Assembly (NCBI GenBank): GCA_963758525.1
Contig: CAVWVQ010000003.1
Location: 3,456,001 to 3,520,000 of the forward strand
Length of the DNA stretch: 64,000 nt
Direction: 5' to 3'
Source of the DNA: an uncultured Phycisphaerales bacterium
GTDB lineage: Bacteria; Planctomycetota; Phycisphaerae; Tepidisphaerales; Tepidisphaeraceae
The notes under the pieces were generated by a model, which was not told the DNA's origin, searched no databases, and saw only the letters and a program-made list of their open reading frames with translations. Positions 51,106 through 60,985 of this stretch are shown piece by piece. The translations under genes and the position numbers were made by a program. How positions within the stretch are numbered: position 1 is the stretch's first letter; each line of letters begins with the position of its first letter.

Positions 51106-53073
51106 TCACCGCGGTCGTTCCGGCAGATCCCGCAACGCTGTGATCCGTTTGAGCCCCGCGATCGCGGCGGGGGCATCCGGCTGGATCGCGAGCGCCTGAC
51201 GATAGTGGAATTCGGCTTCGTCCAAATGGCCGCTGAGCGCGAGAACTGCCGCGAGACTGCATTGAGTCGTCACTTCTGACGGTTTGAGTCGGGCAGCCTC
51301 GCGCAGCTCTCGTATAGCGGCGGCGCGGTCTCCGGTTTCCGCAAGCGCAGTTCCGAGATTGAGGTGAGCGATCCAGGATTCGGGACGGAATTGAACAGCG
51401 AGCCGACCGTACCAAATCGCCAGATCATTTTGATGCGCGCTGCCGTAATTGGACGCGATGCGAACCGCTTCATCGCTGACCTTCGCGGGGTCCACCGCAT
51501 GACCGGCACGATACGCTTCCGCCGCCCGGTCCCAATGTCCCAGCTTTACTTCAGCGTCGCCCAGAGACATGTAAGCTTCGCTCCACTCGGGGCGTGCAGC
51601 AATGGCACGATGAAGGAGTGCGATTTCGGTATGAACATCCCCCATGTTGTCGTAACAGAAGGCGAGATTGTTCAGCGCGACGGGACTGACCGGGTTCACC
51701 GCCACAGCGTGAAAAAGCAACGCCATCGAATCCTGCCAGTAGCCCGTTTGGTGCCAGCTGATTCCTGCAAGCACGGCCAGAAGCATGCTGGCGGCTATCG
51801 CTCCGGCCCGATTCGCCCGCTGCACGACCCAGGCAAAGCAAATTGCCGCACCGAGCATCGAAAGATAAAGATATCGATCCGCGACCGATGAGTATGTCTG
51901 GAAATCGAACTGCAGCAGTCCAAGGACGGGCAGAAGCGGCACGGTAAACACTACCGCCGCCACGCACAGGACGCGGGCGCGCGCGCGGAAGAGCACTAAC
52001 GCCACCGCGAGGGAAGCCGGAAGGATCCAGGTCCAGTATGCCCACGCGTTTTGAAAGATCAGCGCGGGGCGTCTGCCGTAGTCGATGGCGAGCGTGGCGG
52101 GCCAAACCAGTTTATAGAGATAAAATGCCAGCGTATCCGCCGCGATAAACGGGCGTTGCCAAAAGTCCACGTGGTGGCGCTCCGTTGCTCCCGATTGCAG
52201 AAGCTTGGTCACGATCATCATGGGCATCCCCAGTACGATCCAAACGCCCATCTGCAACCATATTTTTCTGGGAATCGGCGACCGGCGCAGCCATATCAGC
52301 GGCAACGCGATCAGCGGCAAGATCACTCCGGTTGGCTTCGAAAGGGTTGCTAGCACAAAGAGGACGCTGGCAAGCACGAACTGCGCATTCGATTTCCACG
52401 GTTCCGCCACCGACCCTTTCGGCTGGTCGTCGACCGAAAATCCATCGGCGCGCAACAGCGCCCAGATCGCGGCCACGGAGAGAAATCCGCAGAGAATATC
52501 CTTCAAAGCGGTTGCCCATGCCACAGGTTCAACCTGCACGGGGTGCAGACCGAAGAGCAACGCGCCGCAGCATGCCGGCCAACGGTCCAAACGCAGCAGC
52601 AGCAGCACTCTGTACACCATCAGCGTCGTTAGAACGTGGAGCAAAACATTGTTGGCATGGAAGATATACGGGTTGAGTTGCGTGCGGGTGATGGGATCGA
52701 CCGTGCTTGTCGTCGCAAGCGCGAGCAGCCCCCGCCAAGTTTCCGTGAGCGGATTCCACATCCGCATATCCGCGCTCGTCCACCAGACCCTCAGGCTGTG
52801 GAGTGTGGGTGGCAGGAGTGTGCGATTGCGGTAAATCAGCATGTCGTCGTCCCACATGACGAAATCCGCTGTGAATGCCCGTGAGAATGTGAGGAGGGTG
52901 ATCGCGACGATCAGGAGAAACGGACCCCGTCTGTTCCAGCGACCCGCAGCGTCGCCCCCACTGTCAGCGGGCAAAGTGGAAGTTTTGCGGTCTTCGTTCT
53001 TCAGAGTAAGCCCGCGACTGATAGCCGCCCGTGATTGTAACGCTTCTCCAACAGCCTCCGAATCGTACAGCAT
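51106..53073 (-). CDS. TMTC-like GT-C + TPR (paralog E)
   Basis: FVMWDD, HPVQVEPVAW, ADRYLYL, TPRs; start uncertain. Confidence 0.82.
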   Translation of the reverse strand: MLYDSEAVGEALQSRAAISRGLTLKNEDRKTSTLPADSGGDAAGRWNRRGPFLLIVAITLLTFSRAFTADFVMWDDDMLIYRNRTLLPPTLHSLRVWWTSADMRMWNPLTETWRGLLALATTSTVDPITRTQLNPYIFHANNVLLHVLTTLMVYRVLLLLRLDRWPACCGALLFGLHPVQVEPVAWATALKDILCGFLSVAAIWALLRADGFSVDDQPKGSVAEPWKSNAQFVLASVLFVLATLSKPTGVILPLIALPLIWLRRSPIPRKIWLQMGVWIVLGMPMMIVTKLLQSGATERHHVDFWQRPFIAADTLAFYLYKLVWPATLAIDYGRRPALIFQNAWAYWTWILPASLAVALVLFRARARVLCVAAVVFTVPLLPVLGLLQFDFQTYSSVADRYLYLSMLGAAICFAWVVQRANRAGAIAASMLLAVLAGISWHQTGYWQDSMALLFHAVAVNPVSPVALNNLAFCYDNMGDVHTEIALLHRAIAARPEWSEAYMSLGDAEVKLGHWDRAAEAYRAGHAVDPAKVSDEAVRIASNYGSAHQNDLAIWYGRLAVQFRPESWIAHLNLGTALAETGDRAAAIRELREAARLKPSEVTTQCSLAAVLALSGHLDEAEFHYRQALAIQPDAPAAIAGLKRITALRDLPERPR

Positions 53074-53103
53074 TGGGCCGCTCGCGGACCACTTCGCGAT
53101 TGT

Positions 53104-54940
53104 TCAAGGCTTGGTCGTTGTCGGCAGTGCCGTGCGGGTCTTCATGCGCTGAATCGCGTCTTGAGCAGCACCCCTGTCGGGATCGATCGCCTCAGCCATC
53201 CGAAAATGGATCATTGCACCCGCGCGATCGCCAAGATGAAGCAGTGCCGAGCCAAGGTTGTACTGTGCGGTATAGTCGGATGAATCGAGCGCGGCCGCCG
53301 TCTCCAATTCGGTGCGCGCCTCCGGCCAGTTTCCCTCTTGCGCCAATGCAATGCCGAGGTTCAGATGGGAACGCGCCGAAGGCACTAATTCCACCGCCAG
53401 TCGCGCGAATGCGAGTGCTTGCCGCAGGTCCTTCTGGCGCAGCAACGCCGTTGTAAATTCGTTCAGCGATGCGGTGATCGCGTTGTCCGCCGCAAACCCG
53501 TCCCGAAATGCCTGCACCGCTTGCGGCGTCCTTCCGAGCCTCGCCAGCGACTTGCCGAGCGTCGCATACGCTTCGCCTCGGTGCGGATCCAGCGCGATCG
53601 AGCGGCGGGCAATTTCGACCGAACGCTCATAGTCTCGTTGCGCGCCGAGTTCGGCGGCAACACTCGCGCACGCCACCGCACTTTGGGGATCGTTGTCCAG
53701 AACGTGCCCGAATAGAGTCAGCGAATCGTGCCAGCAGGGGACCTGCAGAGCGCTGCGAACCGCCAGGATCGCCAGCGGAATCACTGCTGCAATTCGGCAA
53801 CCGCGAGGCAATCGCTCGAGTATATCTGCTGCGATTAACGCGATCCCGAACATCGAAAGGTAAACATAGCGGTCGGCAACGGTGGAAAAATATTGAAAGT
53901 TGAAGCCGACGAATCCAAGGACTGGAAGCACGCCAATGACGAAGATGCAGGTTCCCGCGAAGATCAACGGGTCGCGTCGCCTATTGACCCAGGCAGCGGC
54001 AATCAACGTTGCGGGTAAGATCCAAGTCCACCAGATATACCCATGCTGGATGATGAACGCAGGATTGCGACCGTAAAAGACCAGTAGTGTTTTCGGCCAG
54101 ACAATCTTGAAGAGATAGAACGCCAGCGCGTCCGCGGCAACGAGGGGCGCAGCCAGATCGCGAGCCTCTGAGTGTAGGGAGCTGGCTGCGAAAGCTTGGC
54201 GATGATGACGAACGGGATTGTCAGGACGCCCAGACGACAAGCCCGCGCCACGCGTGCCTGGGTATTCGGCCCCAGCGTGCCCAGATCAACGGCAGCGAGA
54301 CCAGCGGCAAGATCACCGCCGTCGGCTTTGACAGCATTGCCAGAAGCAAGCAGATGGTCGCAAAAAGGTAATTCCCCAGACCCTGCCCCCTGCGATCGCG
54401 AGGAGTCGCATCTGATGCGGGCGTGGCCGGGACTGCATCAATTGCCGCCAGAAACCTCCAGATTGCCAGAAATCCGAACCCGCAAAATAGCAAATCTTTG
54501 ATTGATGTAATCCAGACGACCGGTTCGACCTGAAGAGGATGTATTGCAAAAAGCATCGCCCCGCCGCAAGCGGGCCAGGGCCGGACTCTGCAGCAGAGCA
54601 GGAGTTGATACACCACGAGTGTCACTCCGACATGCAGTACGAGGTTCACTCTATGAAACACACGGGGGTTAAGTGTGTATCCGGTGTTCGGGTCAGGAGG
54701 CGCCTGAGCAAGCACGGCGACGCCGCCGCGCACGCTGGCGGTGAGCGGGTCGTACAACTGAAGGCACGGTTGCGTCCACCAGACTTTCAAGCTGTGAAGC
54801 GTTGGCGGATTCATCAGCGGATTCAGTGCTACCGTCCTGTCGTCATCGAGATTCACAAAGCCGTACCCCGAGGCCTGCCAGAAGACCAGAAGGATCGCGA
54901 CCACCAGCACTGCCCGTGTCAGCAGGTGTGAGGATCTCAC
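53104..54940 (-). CDS. TMTC-like GT-C + TPR (paralog F), two frameshifts near 54240 and 54150
   Basis: FVNLDD, HPLQVEPVVW; IIAKLSQPAPY in the middle frame; ADRYVYL and TPRs in a third frame. Confidence 0.78.
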
Positions 54941-56754
54941 GGCGCGACTCCAGCCGTCCGAGCTGCGGTCAGCTGCGCCACGCCAGCGACGGCATCCGGG
55001 TTGCCGGGGTCGATCGCGATCGCCGCTCGATAATGGGTCAATGCCGCGCTCCGATCACCCAGGTGAGCGAGCACCATGGCCAAAGACAATTGCGCGTCCA
55101 GGAGATCCGGATTCAGCCGAACAGCCGTCTCCAATTCCCGTCTTGCTCCGGGCCAATCGTTTGTTCTTGCAAGCGCGATCCCAAGCGTCATTCGCGTGGC
55201 CGCGTTCGAAATATATTCGACGTTCAATCGAGCGAACCTCAGAGCACGGGCGGAATCACCCTGGCGTAGGAGCATTGCCGCATAGTCATTCAGGTACGCT
55301 CCGGTTGCGGGGTCCGACTTGAACCCCTCTCGAAACGCCAGCATGGCCTGGTCGGTCTTTCCAAGGCGATCCAGATCCCGTCCAAGGGTCGCATAAGCCT
55401 CGGAACGATGCGGATCCAAGCGGATCGATTGCCGGGCCAACTCGGCGGAGCGCTCATAGTCTCCTTCGAACGCGAATTCGCTGGCAAGATTGGCATTTGC
55501 AACGGCGCTGCCCGGGTCATTGTCCAGAACATGCGTGAACAGCGTGACCGAATCGCGCCAACAGGGAACTTGCATCATGCTGCGCCACGCGAGAACCGCC
55601 AGGAGCGGGCCACCCAATATTGAGCCGCCGCGCGGAAGTCGCTGCAGAACTGATGCGGCGATCAGCGCAATACCAAGCATCGATACGTAGAGGTACCGAT
55701 CGGTGACGGTAGAAAAATATTGAAAGTTGAAGCTGAAGAATCCCAGCACGGGGAGCAGTCCGCCAACGAAGACACAGATGCCTGCGAATGCGGCCGCGTT
55801 GCGCCGACGATTGAGCCAGAGGAGCACGATGGCAGCCGCTGGCACGGCCCAAGTCCACCAGATAAAGCTGTGCTCGATGACGTATGCCGGGCTTCGGCCA
55901 TAGAAGACGAGCAGGGTTTTCGGCCAGATGATCTGAAAGAGGTAGAACGCCAGCGCGTCGCCGGCCACCAGAAAGCGCTGCCAAGGCACCAGCCGCTGGG
56001 CATAGGGCGCTGGTTGAGCGGACTTGGCAATGAGGATGAACGGGAGCGCGATCAGGCACCAGATTCCCAGCCGGATCCAGGCTCGCATGGAGATCCGGCG
56101 GCAGGCCAGCCACACCAGCGGCAAGGCCAGCAGCGGCACGATCACGGCCGTTGGCTTCGAGAGAACCGCCAGCACGAAACACAGCGTCGCCAGAAGATAA
56201 TTCCCCAGGCCGCTGGTCGCATTCGCGCCACCAGCGGCATGGGGCTGTGCGCCACCGGAGCGGTCTTCAAGAGAAACCAGAAGCCGCCAGATCGCCAGTA
56301 ATGCGAAGGTGCCATACAGCAGGTCCTTGACGGAGGTGATCCAGACCACCGGCTCGACCTGCACGGGATGAATCGCAAAGAGCATCGCTCCGCCGCAGGC
56401 CGGCCACGGCCTGATCCGAAGATAGAGCAGGAGCTGATACACCAGCAGCGTCACCCCCATGTGCAGCAGCAGATTGACGGTGTGAAAGACCCAGGGATTG
56501 ATCGCGTCTCCCGTTTGCGGGTCCGGCGGAACGCGAGCGAGCGAAGCGATGGCAGCGCGGACCGTTGCGGTCAGGGGGTCATAGAGCTGGAATTGCGGCG
56601 TTGTCCACCACACCTTGAAGCTGTGCGGCGTGACCGGATTCATCAGCGGATTGCGCACCACCAACTGACGGTCGTCCAGATTCACGAAATCGTACGTGCA
56701 GGCCCGGCCGAACGTCAGCACAATGGCGACCACGAGGATCACGCGAGCCATCAT
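54937..56754 (-). CDS. TMTC-like GT-C + TPR (paralog G); the ancestral start is probably 56831, separated by a 1-bp indel
   Basis: FVNLDD, HPVQVEPVVW, TDRYLY, TPRs; upstream MKPASPILE parallels MKAATSTLE of H. Confidence 0.82.
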   Translation of the reverse strand: MMARVILVVAIVLTFGRACTYDFVNLDDRQLVVRNPLMNPVTPHSFKVWWTTPQFQLYDPLTATVRAAIASLARVPPDPQTGDAINPWVFHTVNLLLHMGVTLLVYQLLLYLRIRPWPACGGAMLFAIHPVQVEPVVWITSVKDLLYGTFALLAIWRLLVSLEDRSGGAQPHAAGGANATSGLGNYLLATLCFVLAVLSKPTAVIVPLLALPLVWLACRRISMRAWIRLGIWCLIALPFILIAKSAQPAPYAQRLVPWQRFLVAGDALAFYLFQIIWPKTLLVFYGRSPAYVIEHSFIWWTWAVPAAAIVLLWLNRRRNAAAFAGICVFVGGLLPVLGFFSFNFQYFSTVTDRYLYVSMLGIALIAASVLQRLPRGGSILGGPLLAVLAWRSMMQVPCWRDSVTLFTHVLDNDPGSAVANANLASEFAFEGDYERSAELARQSIRLDPHRSEAYATLGRDLDRLGKTDQAMLAFREGFKSDPATGAYLNDYAAMLLRQGDSARALRFARLNVEYISNAATRMTLGIALARTNDWPGARRELETAVRLNPDLLDAQLSLAMVLAHLGDRSAALTHYRAAIAIDPGNPDAVAGVAQLTAARTAGVAP

Positions 56755-56873
56755 GGTGGTCCGCGGGAGCTCGAGATTGCTCCTTGCGCTTCTTCCAGCG
56801 ATGACTCAAGGATCGGGCTCGCAGGCTTCATGAAGGGGAGTTCCAGCTCACGATTCTCTCGTTCTGCCGAGAT

Positions 56874-58778
56874 TCACGGTTGGCTTGTCACAGGCTGAGT
56901 TGCGGCGTGGCTGACCAACTGTTTCAGCCCCGCGAGCGCGGCCGGGTTCTCGGGATCGATTGATACCGCCAATTCGTAATGCAGCCGCGCGCCCGCGAGA
57001 TCGCCAAGATGAAGGAGCACCGAGGCGAGATTGCACTGCGCCTTGTAGTCATTTGGATCGAGTGCCGCCGCACTCTGCAACTCGCGTTTCGCTCCCTGCC
57101 AGTCGTTTGTCTTTGCGAGTGCCACGCCAAGATTCACGTAAGTCGACACCCTGGGGAATAGTTCGGCGCTCAATTCCGCAAATGCCAGAGCGTGCCGCGC
57201 GTCCCCATGGCGGACCAGCGCCGCCGTGTAATCGTTCAAGGGCCCCTTCATTCTCGCATCAGCGCGAAAGCCCGCGCGAAACGCCTCAATGGCCGCGGCT
57301 GTGTTTCCAGTGACGTCCAGGGATTTGGCGAGCGTGACATAGGGTTCGCAGCGATGAGGGTCGAGTGCGATCGATCGCCTGGCGTATTCGATCGATCGAT
57401 CATAGTCCCCCTGATCCGCAAACACGACGGCGAGACCGGCATGGGAGACAGCGCTCCGCGGATCGTAATCCAGCACATGGTTGAACAGCGTCAGCGAATT
57501 CTGCCAGTAAAGCACCTGCGCAAAGCTCCGCATCGCGAGGATCACAAGGAGGATACCCCACATTGCGCCATAACCTTTCGGAACGCGATCGAGGGCCGAG
57601 GCGGCGATCAGTGCGATGCCGAACATGGGGATGTAGAGGTAGCGGTCCGCCACCGTCGAGTAATATTGAAACTCGAAGCCGACAAATCCAAGAATCGGAA
57701 GCAAGCCAACGGCGAAAATCGACATACCTGCCAGTGCTGATGGGCAGCGGCGGCGGTTGACCCAGAGAATGGCAAATATTGTTGCCGGTGCGATCCACGT
57801 CCACCAGATGAACCCATATCGCAGGATGTACCCGGGAGTTCGGCCGTAATACAACAGCAGGGTTTTCGGCCAGATGATCTGAAAGAGGTAGAACGCCAGC
57901 GCGTCGCCGGCCACCAGAAAGCGCTGCCAGGGCACCAGCCGCTGGGCATAGGGCGCTGGTTGAGCGGACTTGGCAATGAGGATGAACGGGAGCGCGATCA
58001 GGCACCAGATTCCCAGCCGGATCCAGGCTCGCATGGAGATCCGGCGGCACGCCAGCCACACCAGCGGCAAGGCCAGCAGCGGCACGATCACCGCCGTTGG
58101 CTTCGAGAGAACCGCCAGGACGAAACACAGCGTCGCCAGAAGATAATTTCCCACGCCGCTGGTCGCATTCGCGCCACCAGCGGCATGGGGCTGTGCGCCA
58201 CCGGAGCGGTCTTCGAGAGAAATCAGAAGCCGCCAGATCGCCAGTAATGCGAAGGTGCCATACAGCAGGTCCTTGACGGAGGTGATCCAAACCACCGGCT
58301 CGACCTGCACGGGATGAATCGCAAAGAGCATCGCTCCGCCGCAGGCCGGCCACGGCCTGATCCGAAGATAGAGCAGGAGCTGATACACCAGCAGCGTCAC
58401 CCCCATGTGCAGCAGCAGATTGACGGTGTGAAAGACCCAGGGATTGAGCGCGTCTCCCGTTTGCGGGTCCGGCGGAACGCGAGCGAGCGATGCGATGGCG
58501 GCGCGGACCGTTGCGGTCAGGGGGTCATAGAGCTGGAATTGCGGCGTTGTCCACCAGACCTTGAAGCTGTGCGGCGTGACGGGATTCATCAGCGGGTTGC
58601 GCACCACCACCTGACGGTCATCCAGATTCACGAAATCGTACGTGCAGGCCCGTCCGAACGTCAGCAGAATGGCGACCATCAGGATCGCGCGAGCCGCCAT
58701 GGTGGTCCGCGGGAGCTCTCGATTGCTCCGCACGGATTCTTCCAGCGGCGGCTCAAGGGTCGAAGTCGCCGCTTTCAT
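56874..58778 (-). CDS. TMTC-like GT-C + TPR (paralog H)
   Basis: FVNLDD, HPVQVEPVVW, ADRYLYIP, TPRs. Confidence 0.82.
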   Translation of the reverse strand: MKAATSTLEPPLEESVRSNRELPRTTMAARAILMVAILLTFGRACTYDFVNLDDRQVVVRNPLMNPVTPHSFKVWWTTPQFQLYDPLTATVRAAIASLARVPPDPQTGDALNPWVFHTVNLLLHMGVTLLVYQLLLYLRIRPWPACGGAMLFAIHPVQVEPVVWITSVKDLLYGTFALLAIWRLLISLEDRSGGAQPHAAGGANATSGVGNYLLATLCFVLAVLSKPTAVIVPLLALPLVWLACRRISMRAWIRLGIWCLIALPFILIAKSAQPAPYAQRLVPWQRFLVAGDALAFYLFQIIWPKTLLLYYGRTPGYILRYGFIWWTWIAPATIFAILWVNRRRCPSALAGMSIFAVGLLPILGFVGFEFQYYSTVADRYLYIPMFGIALIAASALDRVPKGYGAMWGILLVILAMRSFAQVLYWQNSLTLFNHVLDYDPRSAVSHAGLAVVFADQGDYDRSIEYARRSIALDPHRCEPYVTLAKSLDVTGNTAAAIEAFRAGFRADARMKGPLNDYTAALVRHGDARHALAFAELSAELFPRVSTYVNLGVALAKTNDWQGAKRELQSAAALDPNDYKAQCNLASVLLHLGDLAGARLHYELAVSIDPENPAALAGLKQLVSHAATQPVTSQP

Positions 58779-59443
58779 GAATGCGCTTTCAACTTCACGA
58801 CTTTCTGTTCCTCCTCGTGCGACATCAGGATCCCACCCAGTTCCGGCGCCCATTTCAGTTTTGCGACGGCTGCATCGAACGCGTCACGCGTCTTGAACCG
58901 TTCGCGCCGCAGCACGCGGTTCTGCTGGCCGACTTTTTCCCAGCCGCCGAACTCTTCTTCGAAGTACCAGAGCTCAACCCGCCAGATGACTTCGCCCTTT
59001 CCATTGTAAAAATCCTTGTCGCGTACCAATTGCACCAAAACGGTTGCGCGGGTGTGATCGCCACTCACGGCCAGGATGTCGCTTTTGTTGTAGAACGAAG
59101 GAATATCGACGATCGCTTTGATCGCGGCCCGGTCATCATCGGTCAGCTCGCCGGGGTACGGTTTGGGCGGCTCGTCGTTGTACCATCCGAGATCGACGCC
59201 CTGAATCACGCTGCCATCCGCAAGCTCCAGATGGACATCATAACTGGCGTGGGCGATGAGTTTGTCGAAGAAAACGGATTGATCGCCCACCACTCCCGAG
59301 GCAACGCTCTTCGGCTCGGCAGACGTGGCGGTCGCGGATGAAATCTTCATCCCTGCGGGCGTCTTGACGGTTAATGACAGCGGCCGCTCCGCGCCGAGGA
59401 AAGCCATCGCCAAGAGCGGAAAAACCCAGATTTTCGATCGCAT
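58775..59443 (-). CDS. Exported hypothetical protein, translationally coupled to paralog H
   Basis: Signal-like MRSKIWVFPLLAMAFLGA; ATGA overlap at 58775-58778. Confidence 0.7.
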   Translation of the reverse strand: MRSKIWVFPLLAMAFLGAERPLSLTVKTPAGMKISSATATSAEPKSVASGVVGDQSVFFDKLIAHASYDVHLELADGSVIQGVDLGWYNDEPPKPYPGELTDDDRAAIKAIVDIPSFYNKSDILAVSGDHTRATVLVQLVRDKDFYNGKGEVIWRVELWYFEEEFGGWEKVGQQNRVLRRERFKTRDAFDAAVAKLKWAPELGGILMSHEEEQKVVKLKAHS

Positions 59444-59488
59444 GAAAACCGCTCCAGATGGTGCCATGGTATCGACAAACACGGCGAC

Positions 59489-59516
59489 TTGACATGGGTG
59501 CGGACGCCGTTAGACT
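59489..59516 (+). promoter_or_regulatory. Sigma70-like promoter of rplM-rpsI
   Basis: TTGACA-16-TAGACT. Confidence 0.65.
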
Positions 59517-59590
59517 GCCCGATTCTCTTGCGGCCGCTACAGAGGCGGCCGCTGTTCGTTTGCGGAATTGACGAGACAGAGGATTCCAGA

Positions 59591-60028
59591 ATGAGTACGT
59601 ACATGCCCAAGCCGCACGAAGTGCCTGCCAACTGGCACCTCGTGAACGCCGATGGGGCGGTGCTGGGCCGCCTGGCAGCGCGGATTTCGCTGATCCTGCA
59701 GGGAAAGCACAAGCGAACCTACACACCGCACGTCGATACCGGAGATTTCGTCGTCGTGATCAACGCCGACAAAATCAGGGTCACCGGCAAGAAAGCGGAA
59801 GTCATCGAGTACGATACCTACTCCCGCTACCCCGGTGGTCGGCACCTGTACTCCTTCGAGCGGATGAAAGATCTGCATCCGGAAAAGATCGTCGAGCTGG
59901 CTGTGCGGCGCATGCTTCCCAAAAACAAGATGGGCCGTAACATCCTGGGCAAACTGAAGATTTATCGCGGCGATCAGCATCCGCATGCCGCACAGCAACC
60001 GAAAGAACTGAAATTGGCGGCGCGGTAA
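59591..60028 (+). CDS. rplM: 50S ribosomal protein L13
   Basis: VLGRLA, GKHKRTYTPHVDTGD, RMLPKN, HPHAAQQP. Confidence 0.97.
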   Translation: MSTYMPKPHEVPANWHLVNADGAVLGRLAARISLILQGKHKRTYTPHVDTGDFVVVINADKIRVTGKKAEVIEYDTYSRYPGGRHLYSFERMKDLHPEKIVELAVRRMLPKNKMGRNILGKLKIYRGDQHPHAAQQPKELKLAAR

Positions 60029-60104
60029 TCGCGCTGGGATGCGGACGGCCGTTCGCAAGAGCCGAACGGCGAAAATCGCTGCAAAGAATTGAGACGAGCA
60101 ACGT

Positions 60105-60551
60105 ATGGCCGAGCAAGAAACGTCAACCACCGTGGAATCGGGATCGCAGGAAACCAAGACCAAGCCAACGTTTACGTGGGGCGTTGGTCGCCGCAAGAGC
60201 TCCGTCGCTCGGGTGCGCATCGCACCGGGCGCCGGAAAGATCGAAATTAACGGTCGCACGCTCAACGACTACTTCACGGGAGAGCGCGATCGCAAGGCGA
60301 TCTTCGGCCCGCTCGAAGTCACGAACACCGGCGGCAAGATGGATATTTTCGTCCGCGCCACCGGTGGCGGGCAGTGCGGTCAGGCCGGCGCGATTGTCAT
60401 GGGCCTTGCACGAGCCTTGGCTCGCTTTGACAGCGGCCTTGAAGTTGCGCTCCGCGGCGCCGAATTCATGACTCGCGACAGCCGCATGAAGGAACGCAAG
60501 AAGTACGGTCAGCGCGGTGCGCGTCGCCGCTTCCAGTTCTCCAAGCGATAA
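60105..60551 (+). CDS. rpsI: 30S ribosomal protein S9
   Basis: GRRKSSVARV, GGGQCGQAGA, ERKKYG..ARRRFQFSKR. Confidence 0.97.
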   Translation: MAEQETSTTVESGSQETKTKPTFTWGVGRRKSSVARVRIAPGAGKIEINGRTLNDYFTGERDRKAIFGPLEVTNTGGKMDIFVRATGGGQCGQAGAIVMGLARALARFDSGLEVALRGAEFMTRDSRMKERKKYGQRGARRRFQFSKR

Positions 60552-60850
60552 ACCGCGAATTGGCGGGCGCGATTTTGCGTCCCCCAATCTCTATTATGAC
60601 CAGTTCGATGCGTCTAATCCGGCGCTCGCGGCTTCGCAGCGCGCTCTCTCAAGCCGTTGGATCTCCTCGAGGGGCGACTCGAACTCGCAAAATTCTGCGC
60701 GGTCGTGAAATGCTTCCGTCGCCTTCGAGACGAGCCGCCGCAATGTGCGGAATGCCGGCGCCTCACGTTATTAAAGCAAATTTTGCCTTTTTTTTATTTT
60801 TTTAGGCTGCCGTTTCTAGCAACTGCGAAAATGGCCGATATAATCCGTTC

Positions 60851-60965
60851 AGCGGCTACGCAGACATCCCAAATTAACAAGAGTGACATTGCCGCCTTTT
60901 TCGAAAATCTAGCGTTCTTCCCTCCTTACCCCGTAGGTCTCACCCACGCCTACGGGGTACTTTTT
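60851..60965 (+). ncRNA. Candidate small RNA
   Basis: TATAAT at 60839-60844 below T-tracts; terminator at 60927-60965; no credible ORF; CCTCCTT seed. Confidence 0.35.
60927..60965 (+). terminator. Hairpin with + strand U-tract
   Basis: TACCCCGTAGG..CCTACGGGGTA followed by CTTTTT. Confidence 0.65.
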
Positions 60966-60985
60966 CGCCCCAAGTTCTTGCATGA

